64,000 nucleotides of DNA from Bugula neritina. Its lineage: Eukaryota; Animalia; Bryozoa. The notes below the pieces were generated by a model. The model was not told the origin of the DNA and made no database searches. It saw nothing but the letters and a program-made list of their open reading frames with translations. This document shows, piece by piece, positions 44,270 through 56,900 of the stretch. The stretch lies in the NCBI GenBank assembly GCA_964035545.1, contig OZ037768.1, positions 1 to 64,000 on the forward strand, in the 5' to 3' direction. Position numbers and translations under genes: made by a program. The stretch's first letter is position 1. Each line of letters opens with the position of its first letter.

Positions 44270-46970
44270 ATGGTTTATCTCAACTTGCCTTCTAAATTGA
44301 CTGAACAGGAACACGAGCTAAAAAGAAAGTTCGCCCAGCTCAAGAAAATTGTAGGTTTTATGCTATGGTTTGTGTATTTACCAAGTTTTATGTTAAATGT
44401 AACACAAGTATAAGAACCTAAGCTACCGTCACATGACTACTGTCACATGATTACTGTCACATGACTGCTGTCACATGACTTCTTCCACTCTTGTCACAGA
44501 AGAAACAACTGGCTCAACTCAAAACCTCAACTTCCAGACCCGCAGAAACTGAAAATGAGAAGAAAAATCTCAAGAGGACAAGCGAAGCAGCAGAGGCGGC
44601 GACTGGTAAGTTATGGTTACGTTCGATTGGTCTGTCGAGTGTTATCAGTTTTGTGATTAGTCAGCGGAGTGTTATAAGCTCTTTAATTGGTCAGTTTATT
44701 CGATGTCATACAATTGTTTTACAGAGCAAGCTAAGAAGCTGCTGAAGTCTGGAGTTATTAAAGTTGATGCATGTAATAAATCCAAACAGTTCAAACGAGC
44801 GAGAATTGATCGAGGTGTCATGTCCAAGGTCAGTTGTTGATGTGTGATGATGGGAACAGCGAGAGAGTTGTCTGCTCATATGTCTACTCTTTGCTCTGTT
44901 TCCTATAGGACAATGTGGAGAGGCAGGGTTCTATAACTGGCTACAAGCCATACAATGTGTCTGACAGCGCCCCTTCCTCCTCTTTTGATGAAGTGAGTTC
45001 TTAGTCTATTACCTCATCACTATATCAATACTCTATACTGTATGTTACTACCTCATCACTATATCAATACTCTATACTGTATGTTATTACCTCATCACTA
45101 TACTCTATACTGTATGTTACTACCTCATCACTATATCAATACTCTATACTGTATGTTACTACCTCATCACTATATCAATACTCTATACTATATGTTACTA
45201 CCTCATCACTATATCAATACTCTATACTGTATGTTATTACCTCATCACTATACTCTATACTGTATGTTACTACCTCATCACTATATCAATACTCTATACT
45301 ATATGTTACTACCTCATCACTATATCAATACTCTATACTGTATGTTACTACCTCATCACTATATCAATACTCTATACTATATGTTACTACCTCATCACTA
45401 TATCAATACTCTATACTGTATGTTACTACCTCATCACTATATCAATACTCTATACTATATGTTACTACCTCATCACTATATCAATACTCTATACTGTATG
45501 TTATTACCTCATCACTATACTCTATACTGTATGTTACTACCTCATCACTATATCAATACTCTATACTGTATGTTACTACCTCATCACTATATCAATACTC
45601 TATACTATATGTTACTACCTCATCACTATATCAATACTCTATACTGTATGTTATTACCTCATCACTATACTCTATACTGTATGTTACTACCTCATCACTA
45701 TATCAATACTCTATACTATATGTTACTACCTCATCACTATATCAATACTCTATACTGTATGTTACTACCTCATCACTATATCAATACTCTATACTATATG
45801 TTACTACCTCATCACTATATCAATACTCTATACTGTATGTTATTACCTCATCACTATACTCTATACTGTATGTTACTACCTCATCACTATATCAATACTC
45901 TATACTATATGTTACTACCTCATCACTATATCAATACTCTATACTGTATGTTACTACCTCATCACTATATCAATACTCTATACTATATGTTACTACCTCA
46001 TCACTATATCAATACTCTATACTGTATGTTATTACCTCATCACTATACTCTATACTGTATGTTACTACCTCATCACTATATCCTATACTCTATACTGTAT
46101 GTTACTACCTCATCACTATATCCTATACTCTATACTGTATGTTACTACCTCATCACTATACTCTATACTCTATACTGTATGTTACTACCTCATTACTATA
46201 TCAATGACTACTCTCTATTGTCTGCTTTCAGAGTGAAGGTTCTGGCCGACCAGCCCGGCCTAGCCTTAGGGACACGTTTGTGCCCTCATCATATCGAGAT
46301 TCCTCACATTCCCAGCCTAGAAGAGGCCCTCGAGTGTACGTCAGGGGCCTTGGGATAACTGAGGAAATACTAAGAGAGACATTCTCTGCTGTGGGAGGTA
46401 CAATAGTTCACATCAACATGGAAGCTAACAAGCCGTGAGTTGTTACATATTGTTGGTTTTCCCTAGTGTGTATGCAGACAGCTAGCACCTGTTCCACCTG
46501 TCTGTCTCATCCTGTTCTGCAGTTCCGGGTTCATAACCTTTGACACAGTGGAGACTGCTGACGAGGCTGTGGGTCAGTTCAACGGGGCGGTTGTCAACGG
46601 TAGCAGACTGGATGTAGAGATAGCTAGACGGCAGCGTGGTAGTCATCAGAGTCGAGTCATCTACGATAAGAATAACCCCAATGTAAGCCAAACTAGGTCA
46701 AGTGTATTTCCTCAACTCTCTCTCTGTTTTACTAGGTCAAGTGTATTTCCTCAACTCTCTCTCTGTTTTACTAGGTCAAGTAGGTTTACTGAACTCTCTC
46801 TTTGTTTTACTAGGTCAAGTGTATTTCCTCAACTCTCTCTTTGTTTTACTAGGTCAAGTAGGTTTACTCAACTCTATATAAACTCTTTACAGGTTCCAGA
46901 ACCCCCTGTCTCAAAAAAAGTTGACCGTAAAATGGTGGCATACGGTGAAGATGATGATTTATTTAGTTGA
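44270..46970 (+). CDS. NELFE: Negative elongation factor E (RRM protein), 7 exons
   Basis: N-terminus [31 protein letters not shown], then [12 protein letters not shown] and FKRAR. RRM: [18 protein letters not shown]...[20 protein letters not shown]...[10 protein letters not shown]-terminus [14 protein letters not shown]. Confidence 0.92.
45007..46205. repeat. 39/33-bp intronic minisatellite with higher-order pattern
   Basis: Unit TTACTACCTCATCACTATATCAATACTCTATACTGTATG, with periodic 6-bp-deleted units. Source of the spurious 438-aa ORF. Confidence 0.95.
46692..46875 (+). repeat. 39-bp repeat in the NELF-E last intron, ~4.7 units
   Basis: Unit ACTAG|GTCAAGTGTATTTCCTCAACTCTCTCTCTGTTTT. Confidence 0.9.
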
Positions 46971-47055
46971 TGAACACTATTCCTTTACAATATACATATT
47001 TTATATATTGTACATTACGTATACTGGATATTATATTACATGTTGTTTAGATTAT

Positions 47056-47261
<206 letters not shown>

Positions 47262-47890
47262 TTATGCACATTGCACACACAAACATTTAAATATTGCAGT
47301 AATGGTACATTGTGAATATGTGATATGTGCATTCTGAGTCAGTCAATGTAGTGCTTTAGCTGTCCAGCAAATAACAAAGCAATAAATCATTTTGCATCTA
47401 ATGTTTGTGACTTAGCTCAGTAAAAACCTTTTCTCTATTGACTCTAGTTTTCTGTAACATTTTTTGTATCCTTGAAATACATAGGTTAGATATTCTAGTG
47501 AAATAATAAATGCCAACAAGGGATAATTGTTGCCAACCTAAAACTGTAACTTCCTTTCATTACCATAATTACGGAGAGTGTCTACGGCAAGATATTGTGT
47601 CCATATAGTTATCGCCCTTATTAAGAAGATAACTGCGTATACACAACTGTTGCGAGAATACCAATAGTGATATCTTCAGTTATAATTTGTACCAAATGAG
47701 GAAAGTCTTTTAGCTGTCAAAGGTACCGTCACAACATTGCCTTGCGTTATCTTGAGGCACTATTAAAACTAGTTGTGCAGTGTAGATATTTTTTATGTAA
47801 AGACTGGTTGAGGCTCGGACTATTACAAACGCATTACGGCAGATTTTGCAGTGGCTTCAATTTTGTAATCGAATTCTTATTTTCAAAATC

Positions 47891-49246
47891 ATGCCTAGAA
47901 GGTGAGCTAAAGCTGATATATTATCTTATAAAAGTATGAGTATTATCACTCCGAGTGATTGCATAAGGTTAAACAATAACATAATGAATATTATAGTGAT
48001 AACGATTAAGTCTAACAGTAACACTCAGTGTCAGTGCGAGACCCGGACCCGTGATACGGTGATAGTAATACTATGTGTTACTGTTAGCGTTGCTGTTAGT
48101 GTTACACGTAGTCTTGCTGTTAGTGTTATAGTTATACCAACGGAGTGATTTAATTTTATGTTTTACTTTTAGTGAACTTTTATTCTTAATACTAAAATTA
48201 AAAATATTTCAATTTGTAAACTTAAAAGTTAAAGTCTAAAACTAAGATTCTTAGTTTACTTTCTTCACCACTTTCACTACTGTGCATTTGAAAGTTGATT
48301 TAATTGTATTAATAATTATTAGTATTATTTATTATAATTATTATATAATACTTTAAAAAAGTATTGTATATATTGATATAATAAATTACTTCAATTAATT
48401 AGTTAATATGTATTATTATATATTTATTTATATATAATGATATTAATATATTATATGCACTCTGGCCCATTGTGATTGTGCTGCTCTATTCTCATCTACT
48501 AACATTTGGTCTGTTTGTAGTCGAGGTGGAGGCGGAGGGTTTAAGTCTGGAGGATTTAAATCTTCGGTACCAGCCAGAGCTCCCCCACCCTCTCCTCCTG
48601 CAACATATGCTCCACAGGCTAAACAGCCAGGTTTGTTTGGTCAGATGGCAGCAACTGCTGGAGGAGTTGCTGTTGGATCAGCTGTTGTGAGTGTCGCAGT
48701 ATTTTATATAATTTCTTTATGTACTGTTGTAGAATGTAATACAACACAGTGTTATGTTACATAGTATTATAGGATAGTAATATTACTATGCTATAATACT
48801 ATAGGATAGTAATATTACTAACCGTAGTGTTATCTCATTCAACATATGCACTTATGTATGCCATAGGGTCATGCTGTCGGACATGCCCTGGTGGGAGGCA
48901 GCGCTGGTGCTGCCAGTTACCCCCAGGAGGGCACTGCCCCTCCACCACAGCAGCAGAATGTGAACCCCTGTGCCCAGCATATGGAGGACTTCATGCAGTG
49001 TGCAAAGAACAGCTCCGGTGATCTCAACCTTTGCTATGCTTTCAATGAGGCACTGAAAGACTGCCGGAAACAGTATGGTGGGTACTACTCCTAGTACTGC
49101 TAGTATAAACCACTAGTTAGTGATTCTTCTTCTCTAGAACTTTCTATATGAAAGGGTAACTCTAACTGGGAATATTGAAGAAATATCAAAGATCTGACAG
49201 TACATGCTCTGATCAATTCACCCATCCTTATATTGTAGGTCTGTGA
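47891..49246 (+). CDS. CHCHD2: Mitochondrial CHCH-domain protein CHCHD2/CHCHD10 (Mix17 family), 4 exons
   Basis: Exons 47891-47901, 48521-48686, 48867-49077 and 49239-49246. Peptide MPRSRGG...[29 protein letters not shown], followed by the twin CX9C motif CAQHMEDFMQC...CYAFNEALKDC. Confidence 0.93.
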
Positions 49247-50034
49247 TGCAGTATCTACCCTATATACCTCTACTCCGCACATCCTATCTACTCCATAACC
49301 CTTGCAAGAAAGTGTGACAAGATTCAACAAGCTCTCTTAAATTTATCTACGTTTCATTACACCACTGTTAGGATTATCTCCATATAACTATTCTGAAATT
49401 CTGTTTTATGCGTATTTTACTGTTAAATCTGTGCCAAAAAATACAGACTTCCAACCTCAGCACAAGTTTTATCTCAATGTTCCTTGTTCGCAATACATCC
49501 GGTTCTAAAAGTTAAAATAATTGAAACTAAAAAGGTGGATAAAGATAATGAATAGGATTCAGTACAATTACTTATAGGCCTACTTGTAATAATTCAATAC
49601 ATCATCATGCAATAAAAGTTGACAGCTACTACCATAATTTATAATCGCCTAAAGTTTTATTTTGAAAAATCACATTTCTGTACATTTGATACCTATTTCA
49701 GTAGCGAAAATTTCAAGCTCTATCGGTTATGAATGTAAAACGTGAATAGGAACTCTTAACAGTATTGCTAAACCTTATCTTATCACAATGCCTTCATTAG
49801 GCATTACATTACGTTTTTAACATTGCAGTCACAGAGTAGCTGTACGGACGGCTAGCAATCACCCGAGGTAGCTTAGATTGATAACTTAGATTCTAAATTA
49901 TACACGTGAATAACAAAAGAGACTGCACAATAACTGTACCCAGTTGGTTTCCGACAAGCAACAGCTGTTAATACAAGCGACTAGCTTGCTTAGGTTTATG
50001 ATTAATAGTCATTTCAATAACCTAAGCCAAACCG

Positions 50035-50884
50035 ATGGATCTTAACTTATTATTGGACAATGCAAGGGTGTTCATTTTGAACGGAAACGAACCAGGACTC
50101 CGCCTACTATTCGATGGAAATGCTAGAAAGTTTTGCGAAAAGCTGATTCTGTGTAAACTTCATGGTGATATTACATTAAGGCGACCTAGTAGCTCCAATG
50201 AGTTTATTGTAAAGCAGCCAAATCTTTTACTACTTGCTATCACAGGATGGTTTACAAATATAACTGATTTATTATGCTCTTATGGAGTTGGAATTGAAGA
50301 AGCAGTCGATGTGTGGGACCCAACAAATGCACACCCTGTATATTACCAGTCCAAACCTCTTATTCTAGCAAGTATGCTGGGGAAAGTGGATATGGTGAAA
50401 TCATTAGTTGAATATGGAGCCAATATTGAGGCCAGTAATTCTATCGGTGAAACCAGTTTGCTAGAAGCTTGTTATGAAGGGAATTTTGCCGTTACTGAAT
50501 TTTTGGTTCAGAAGAGGGCATCACTCAATAGACAAAATGAGAAAGGGTTGACAGGTGTGTATCTTGCTTTGTATTTCAATTTGTACATGTGGGCTTTAAG
50601 TGAGAAATGACTTTAGTACGATATCAATATCATTGTCGGATGTCAAATAATACTGTCAGTGTAAGAATAAATCCTAACCTAGTATTACTACTATTAGTAT
50701 TACTCAATTAGTGAACTAGTAGACGTAGTGAAGTGCGAGTGCATTCAAGTACGAGTTAGAGTATGATTATCAGTATCACTGTGACTATGAGTATGATTTT
50801 CCTTGACAACTTTTAGCTTCATTTCCAAGAGTAAACTCACCCAGTCACTCACTACGACCACTACTGCTACTACCACCACGACCA

Positions 50885-50951
<67 letters not shown>

Positions 50952-53900
50952 CACTACCAGTACCACTACCAGTAGTACTACTACTAGTAGTAGTAGTACT
51001 ACTACTACTACTAGTAGTAGTAGTAGTACTACTAGTAGTACTAGTACTAGTACTATTATTACTAGTAGTGAAAGTTAGTATTCAAAGCTTAAAGTTAATT
51101 TTAGCATGAAACTTCAGGTAAATTTCCCATCAGGATCAGTTAGTAGTGGTGTTTGCTATTTTTAAAGGCAATCACTTTGAGTACGCCTGAAAGTGAATGC
51201 CTGTGATAAAATTAAGTAAATGTAACCCATGTAGTCCATTATTCGTTTGTGGGGGGATATATAAGAGTGTTTTGTGTAAATCAGTTTTATGCCTGTATTT
51301 GAGCTGCATGGCTTTTAGAGTTGAAAGTGCTTACAAAGCATTTTCATGTTGCAACTGGTAATCATAATGTATGTCTTTGTGAATCTGGTGCAGATATATT
51401 AGGATTTTCTTTGCGTAGGACTAATGCTAGCTGCATATGCAGGAAACACAGATATTGTTGATCTGCTTCTACAGAAAGGAGCAAATGCACACATTGAAGA
51501 TGTCAAAGGAAGTGAGTCATAAATTGAATATTAACACTATATACTATGTGACATACTGTATATTAACACTATATACTATGTGACATACTGTATATTAACA
51601 CTATATACTATGTGACATACTGTATATTAACACTATATACTATGTGACATACTGTATAATAACACTATATACTATGTGACATACTATATAATAACACTAT
51701 ATACTATGTGACATACTATATAATAACACTATATACTATGTGACATACTGTATATTAACACTATATACTATGTGACATACTGTATAATAACACTATATAC
51801 TATGTGACATGCTGTATATTAACACTATATACTATGTGACATACTGTATATTAACACTATATACTATGTGACATACTGTATAATAACACTATATACTATG
51901 TGACATACTGTATAATAACACTATATACTATGTGACATACTGTATATTAACACTATATACTATGTGACATACTGTATAATAACACTATATACTATGTGAC
52001 ATGCTGTATATTAACACTATGTACTATGTGACATGCTGTATATTAACACTATATACTATGTGACATACTGTATATTAACACTATATACTATGTGACATAC
52101 TGTATAATAACACTATATACTATGTGACATACTGTATATTAACACTATATACTATGTGACATACTGTGTGACATACTATGTGGCATACTATGTGACATAC
52201 TATGTGACATACTGTGTTTAGGAAATGCTCTGTTCTACTGCGTCTCCGCTGGAAACCTGACCTTATTCCGTCAACTCTTGGCTCATGGAGTACAGATAGA
52301 GAGCGACATGGACGGCATGACCTTGTTGATGGAGGCAGCTTACGGAGGTCACATGGACACTGTGCGATATCTCACTGTCAATTCTCACTCTCTGCGTATA
52401 AATATACATCAGCTAGATAAAAGTCGCAGAAATGCTCTGTTTTACGCGTTTGACAATTCACAGCTGGCCGTAGCGGCGTACCTGGTGAGTGAAGGAGCTG
52501 TGCTGGAGCTTGTGGATCACAACAAGAACCTGCTCATGTGTGCCTGTCTCAAGAACAACCTGCTAGTGGTGGAGTACTTGCTGGAGCACCTGCCTCAGCT
52601 GTCACTTGAGCTGGACCACGTTGACGACAAGGGCCGCAATGTGCTCTTCTATGCTGTCACAGGGGGCAGCAGTAACATCCTCCAAACTTTGCTCAACTCA
52701 GGGGCAGCAGTTCAGTCATCACCTGACGGCATCACTCTGCTTATGCAAGCTGCCGGCAAGAGACAGCTTGAAGTGGGAAGGTAGACACATCAACTTATAT
52801 GGTTACTATGTTGTCATGGTAACGAATTTATCAGATGCAACAGTCCTTCATGATTTGTTCTAGTTTTTAGTGCTTCAATATATCTACCAGCTAACTATAA
52901 TTTTCGCTCACACTCACTCACACTCTCACTCACTCACTCTTTCTCACACTCTTTCTCACTCACTCACTCATTCACTCACTCACACTCTCACTCACTCACT
53001 CACACTCTCACTCACTCACTCACACTCTCACTCACTCACACTCTCACTCACTCACTCACACTCTCACTCACTCTTTCTCACTCACTTTTTCTCACTCTTT
53101 CTCACTCACTCACTTTTTCTCACACACTCTTTCTCACTCACTCTCACACACTCACTCACTCACTCACTGTGATTGCTTGCAGATGTTTGCTGGCTAACAG
53201 AGACAAGATCAAAGTGGATATCAACTCAGTAGACAAGGACGGCTGGTCAGCGTTACTTTATTCTGTCAGCGCACAAAACCTAGAGTTCTGCAAGATGTTA
53301 ATTCTGGAAGGTACAGTACTTCTACTTCTACTCTATATCTATCTACTCTATATCTCACAGTACTTGTACTATCTACTCTATATCTCACAGTACTTGTACT
53401 ATCTACTCTATATTTCACAGTACTTGTACTAACTACTCTATATATAATGTTAGAGTTGTTAATATTACAGAATTTCGTCAACCTCTGAGGGTGTGCCCAT
53501 CAGGGGGACACTCACAGGGGTGCACTGTTGATATGAACCTATTTATTAACATTCTTGATTCTGTATTCAATTAGCCAGCCGACTTGAGCTGTTGACTTGA
53601 GGCAGCATATATATTGACCTTTGGTGTACAAACACCATCTGCTGCCTGTGAAATCAATTTCTGTATCCTCAGGGCCTTCATTCATATATCATCTCTCATA
53701 TATTTATATATCATCTCTCATATATTCATATATCATCTCTCATATATTTATATATCATCTCTCATATATTTATATACCATCTCTCATATATTTATATATC
53801 ATCTCTCATATATTCATATATCATCTCTCATATATTTATATATCATCTCTCATATATTTATATATCATCTCTCATACAGGTGCTAACATATTTGTATTTC

Positions 53901-56900
53901 TCAGGTGCTAAGGCTATTAAGGCAGCAGATGGTAAAACTGAGGCCATGCAAGCGGCACAGAATGGGGACATGGAATGTTTGAAGTACCTTGTTGATAAGT
54001 CTGCTATGATTGGCTTGGATTTACAAAGCACAGATTCTATTGGCTGGAACTGTTTATATTATGCCATGGTGTCGGAGTCTATTCCCTGCATAACTTACAT
54101 CACATCCTGTGGAGTGAAGGCCTCTTGTAACCAGCACGGCACGACACTTCTGATGGAGTCGGTTGATAGAGGACAGACAGACATGACGAGGTACTTGGTG
54201 GAGAATGCCGCTAGCATTGGCTTAGACATCAATGCCCTGGATGAGTCAGGCTGCAACGCTCTCTTCTACTGTTCGGCCAATGGCAGTCGAGATCTGTTTG
54301 AGTATTTGGTGAATAATGAGGTGAGATTGTGTGATGACTTACACAACCGTACAGTGCTGATGCAGGCAGCGTATAACGTACACAAGTCACTTGTCCTCTA
54401 CCTCATAGACAATGAGCTCTCTCTCAGTCTCGACGTCAACCAGAAGGACCAAGATGGCAGAAACGTGCTGTTCTACTGCATAGAGGGGGGTAACCTTGAC
54501 CTCCTCGTCTCTCTCCTCGAGTTCGGTATCCCCATGCAGACAGACAACAGCGGCAAAAATAACCTCTTCCAGGCCGTCTCTGCCGGCCACGCCCACATTG
54601 TGGAGTACATCCTGAAGAACAGCAACCTTCACCTTAAACTAGACCCTCTCGCCACCGACTCTAACGGCAACAACGCCATGTATTACTACGCCAAGAGACC
54701 CAACAACAAGCACATTCTGTCGCAGCTGCTCTCCGCTGGACTGAAGCTAAGTGACTGCTCTAACGCCAGCAACGTCCTGGCCCAGGCTCTGAAGGAAGGG
54801 GATCTAAACACGGCTAAACTCATCACCAGCTCCTTTGACAACAGTAACGTTGAACAGGTGAAGGTCATCCTGAGAGACTGGCGCAGTGACAAGGGGGAGT
54901 CACTCTTCCACTGGGTGGCCGTGAAGAATGACGAAGAGTTTTGTAGACTACTGGCCCCTTACTATGACCCCGTGGCAGACAGGGACGACCACAACCGTAC
55001 CCCACTCATCAGGTAATACAAACTGTTGTAGTAATTACTAATAAATAATGTAGTGAATACTAATGAATATTATAGTGAATACTAATAAATAATATAGTAT
55101 ATAATAATAAATATTATAATATATAATAATAAATATTATAGTAAATAGTATGTATACTTTAGTGCTGCTGCCCAAAGAGAATCAGATGGAAATGCTGACG
55201 TGGTAAAGTGCATGTTAGAAGAAGCCAAGATGGATGTCAACGCAATGGATATCCACAAACACACTGCTCTCTGGTACGCCGTGTGCAGCGAAAACAATAA
55301 GGCTTTGCAGTTGCTGTTACAGCATGGTGCTTGCAATGTGCTTGACAACTATAACTCCACCATTCTGATGACATCAGCAAAAGGTGTGCTTACACTCAGT
55401 CGTTCGTAATACAATTATAATACCGTAGTATTATATACATATCATACATGCAGTGTAATACATATTGAGTTGATAATACACTAATATGTACTGTAGTACA
55501 CTGTAATATACTGTCTAGTACACTGTAATATACTGTCTAGTACACTGTAATATACTGATATATACTGTAATATACTGATATACACTGTAATATACTGTCT
55601 AGTACACTGTAATATACTGTAATATACAATACAATTGTTTAGTTGGCAACATAATGACCACTCAGTACCTTCTCAACCTCCTCCCTGACTCTAATCAAGT
55701 CCTCAATCAGGTCGACCAGTTCAAACGCAACGTCTTGCACTACGCAGCAATGAGTGGAAGTAGTGAAGTGGCCAGCCTTTACTGTAGATGGAATAGCAAG
55801 TTACTGGTGAATATATTACACACTATACACTGTATATTACACACTATACACTGTATATTACACACTATACGCTGTATATTACACGCTATACGCTGTATAT
55901 TACACACTATACGCTGTATATTACACACACTATACACTGTATATTACATACTATACACTGTATATTACACACTATACACTGTATATTACACACTATACAC
56001 TGTATATTACACACTATACGCTGTATATTACACACTATACACTGTATATTACACACTACACGCTGTATATTACACACTATACGCTGTATATTACACACTA
56101 TACGCTGTATATTACACACTATACGCTGTATATTACACACTATACACTGTATATTACACACTATACACTGTATATTACACACTATACACTGTATATTACA
56201 CACTATACCCTGTATATTACACACTACACACTGTATATTACACACTATACGCTGTATATTACACACTATACGCTGTATATTACACACTATACGCTGTATA
56301 TTACACACTATACACTGTATATTACACACTATACACTGTATATTACACACTATACACTGTATATTACACACTATACCCTGTATATTACACACTACACACT
56401 GTATATTACACACTATACGCTGTATATTACACACTATACGCTGTATATTACACACTATACGCTGTATATTACACACTATACACTGTATATTACACACTAC
56501 ACGCTGTATATTACACACTATACGCTGTATATTACACACTATACGCTGTATATTACACACTATACGCTGTATATTACACACTATACGCTGTATATTACAC
56601 ACTATACACTGTATATTACACACTATACACTGTATATTACACACTATACGCTGCATATTACACACTATACGCTGTATATTACACACTATACGCTGTATAT
56701 TACACACTATACGCTGTATATTACACACTATACGCTGTATATTACACACTATACGCTGTATATTACACACTATACACTGTATATTACACACTATACACTG
56801 TATATTACACACTATACGCTGTATATTACACACTATACGCTGTATATTACATACTATACACTGTATATTACACACTATACCCTGTATATTACACACTACA

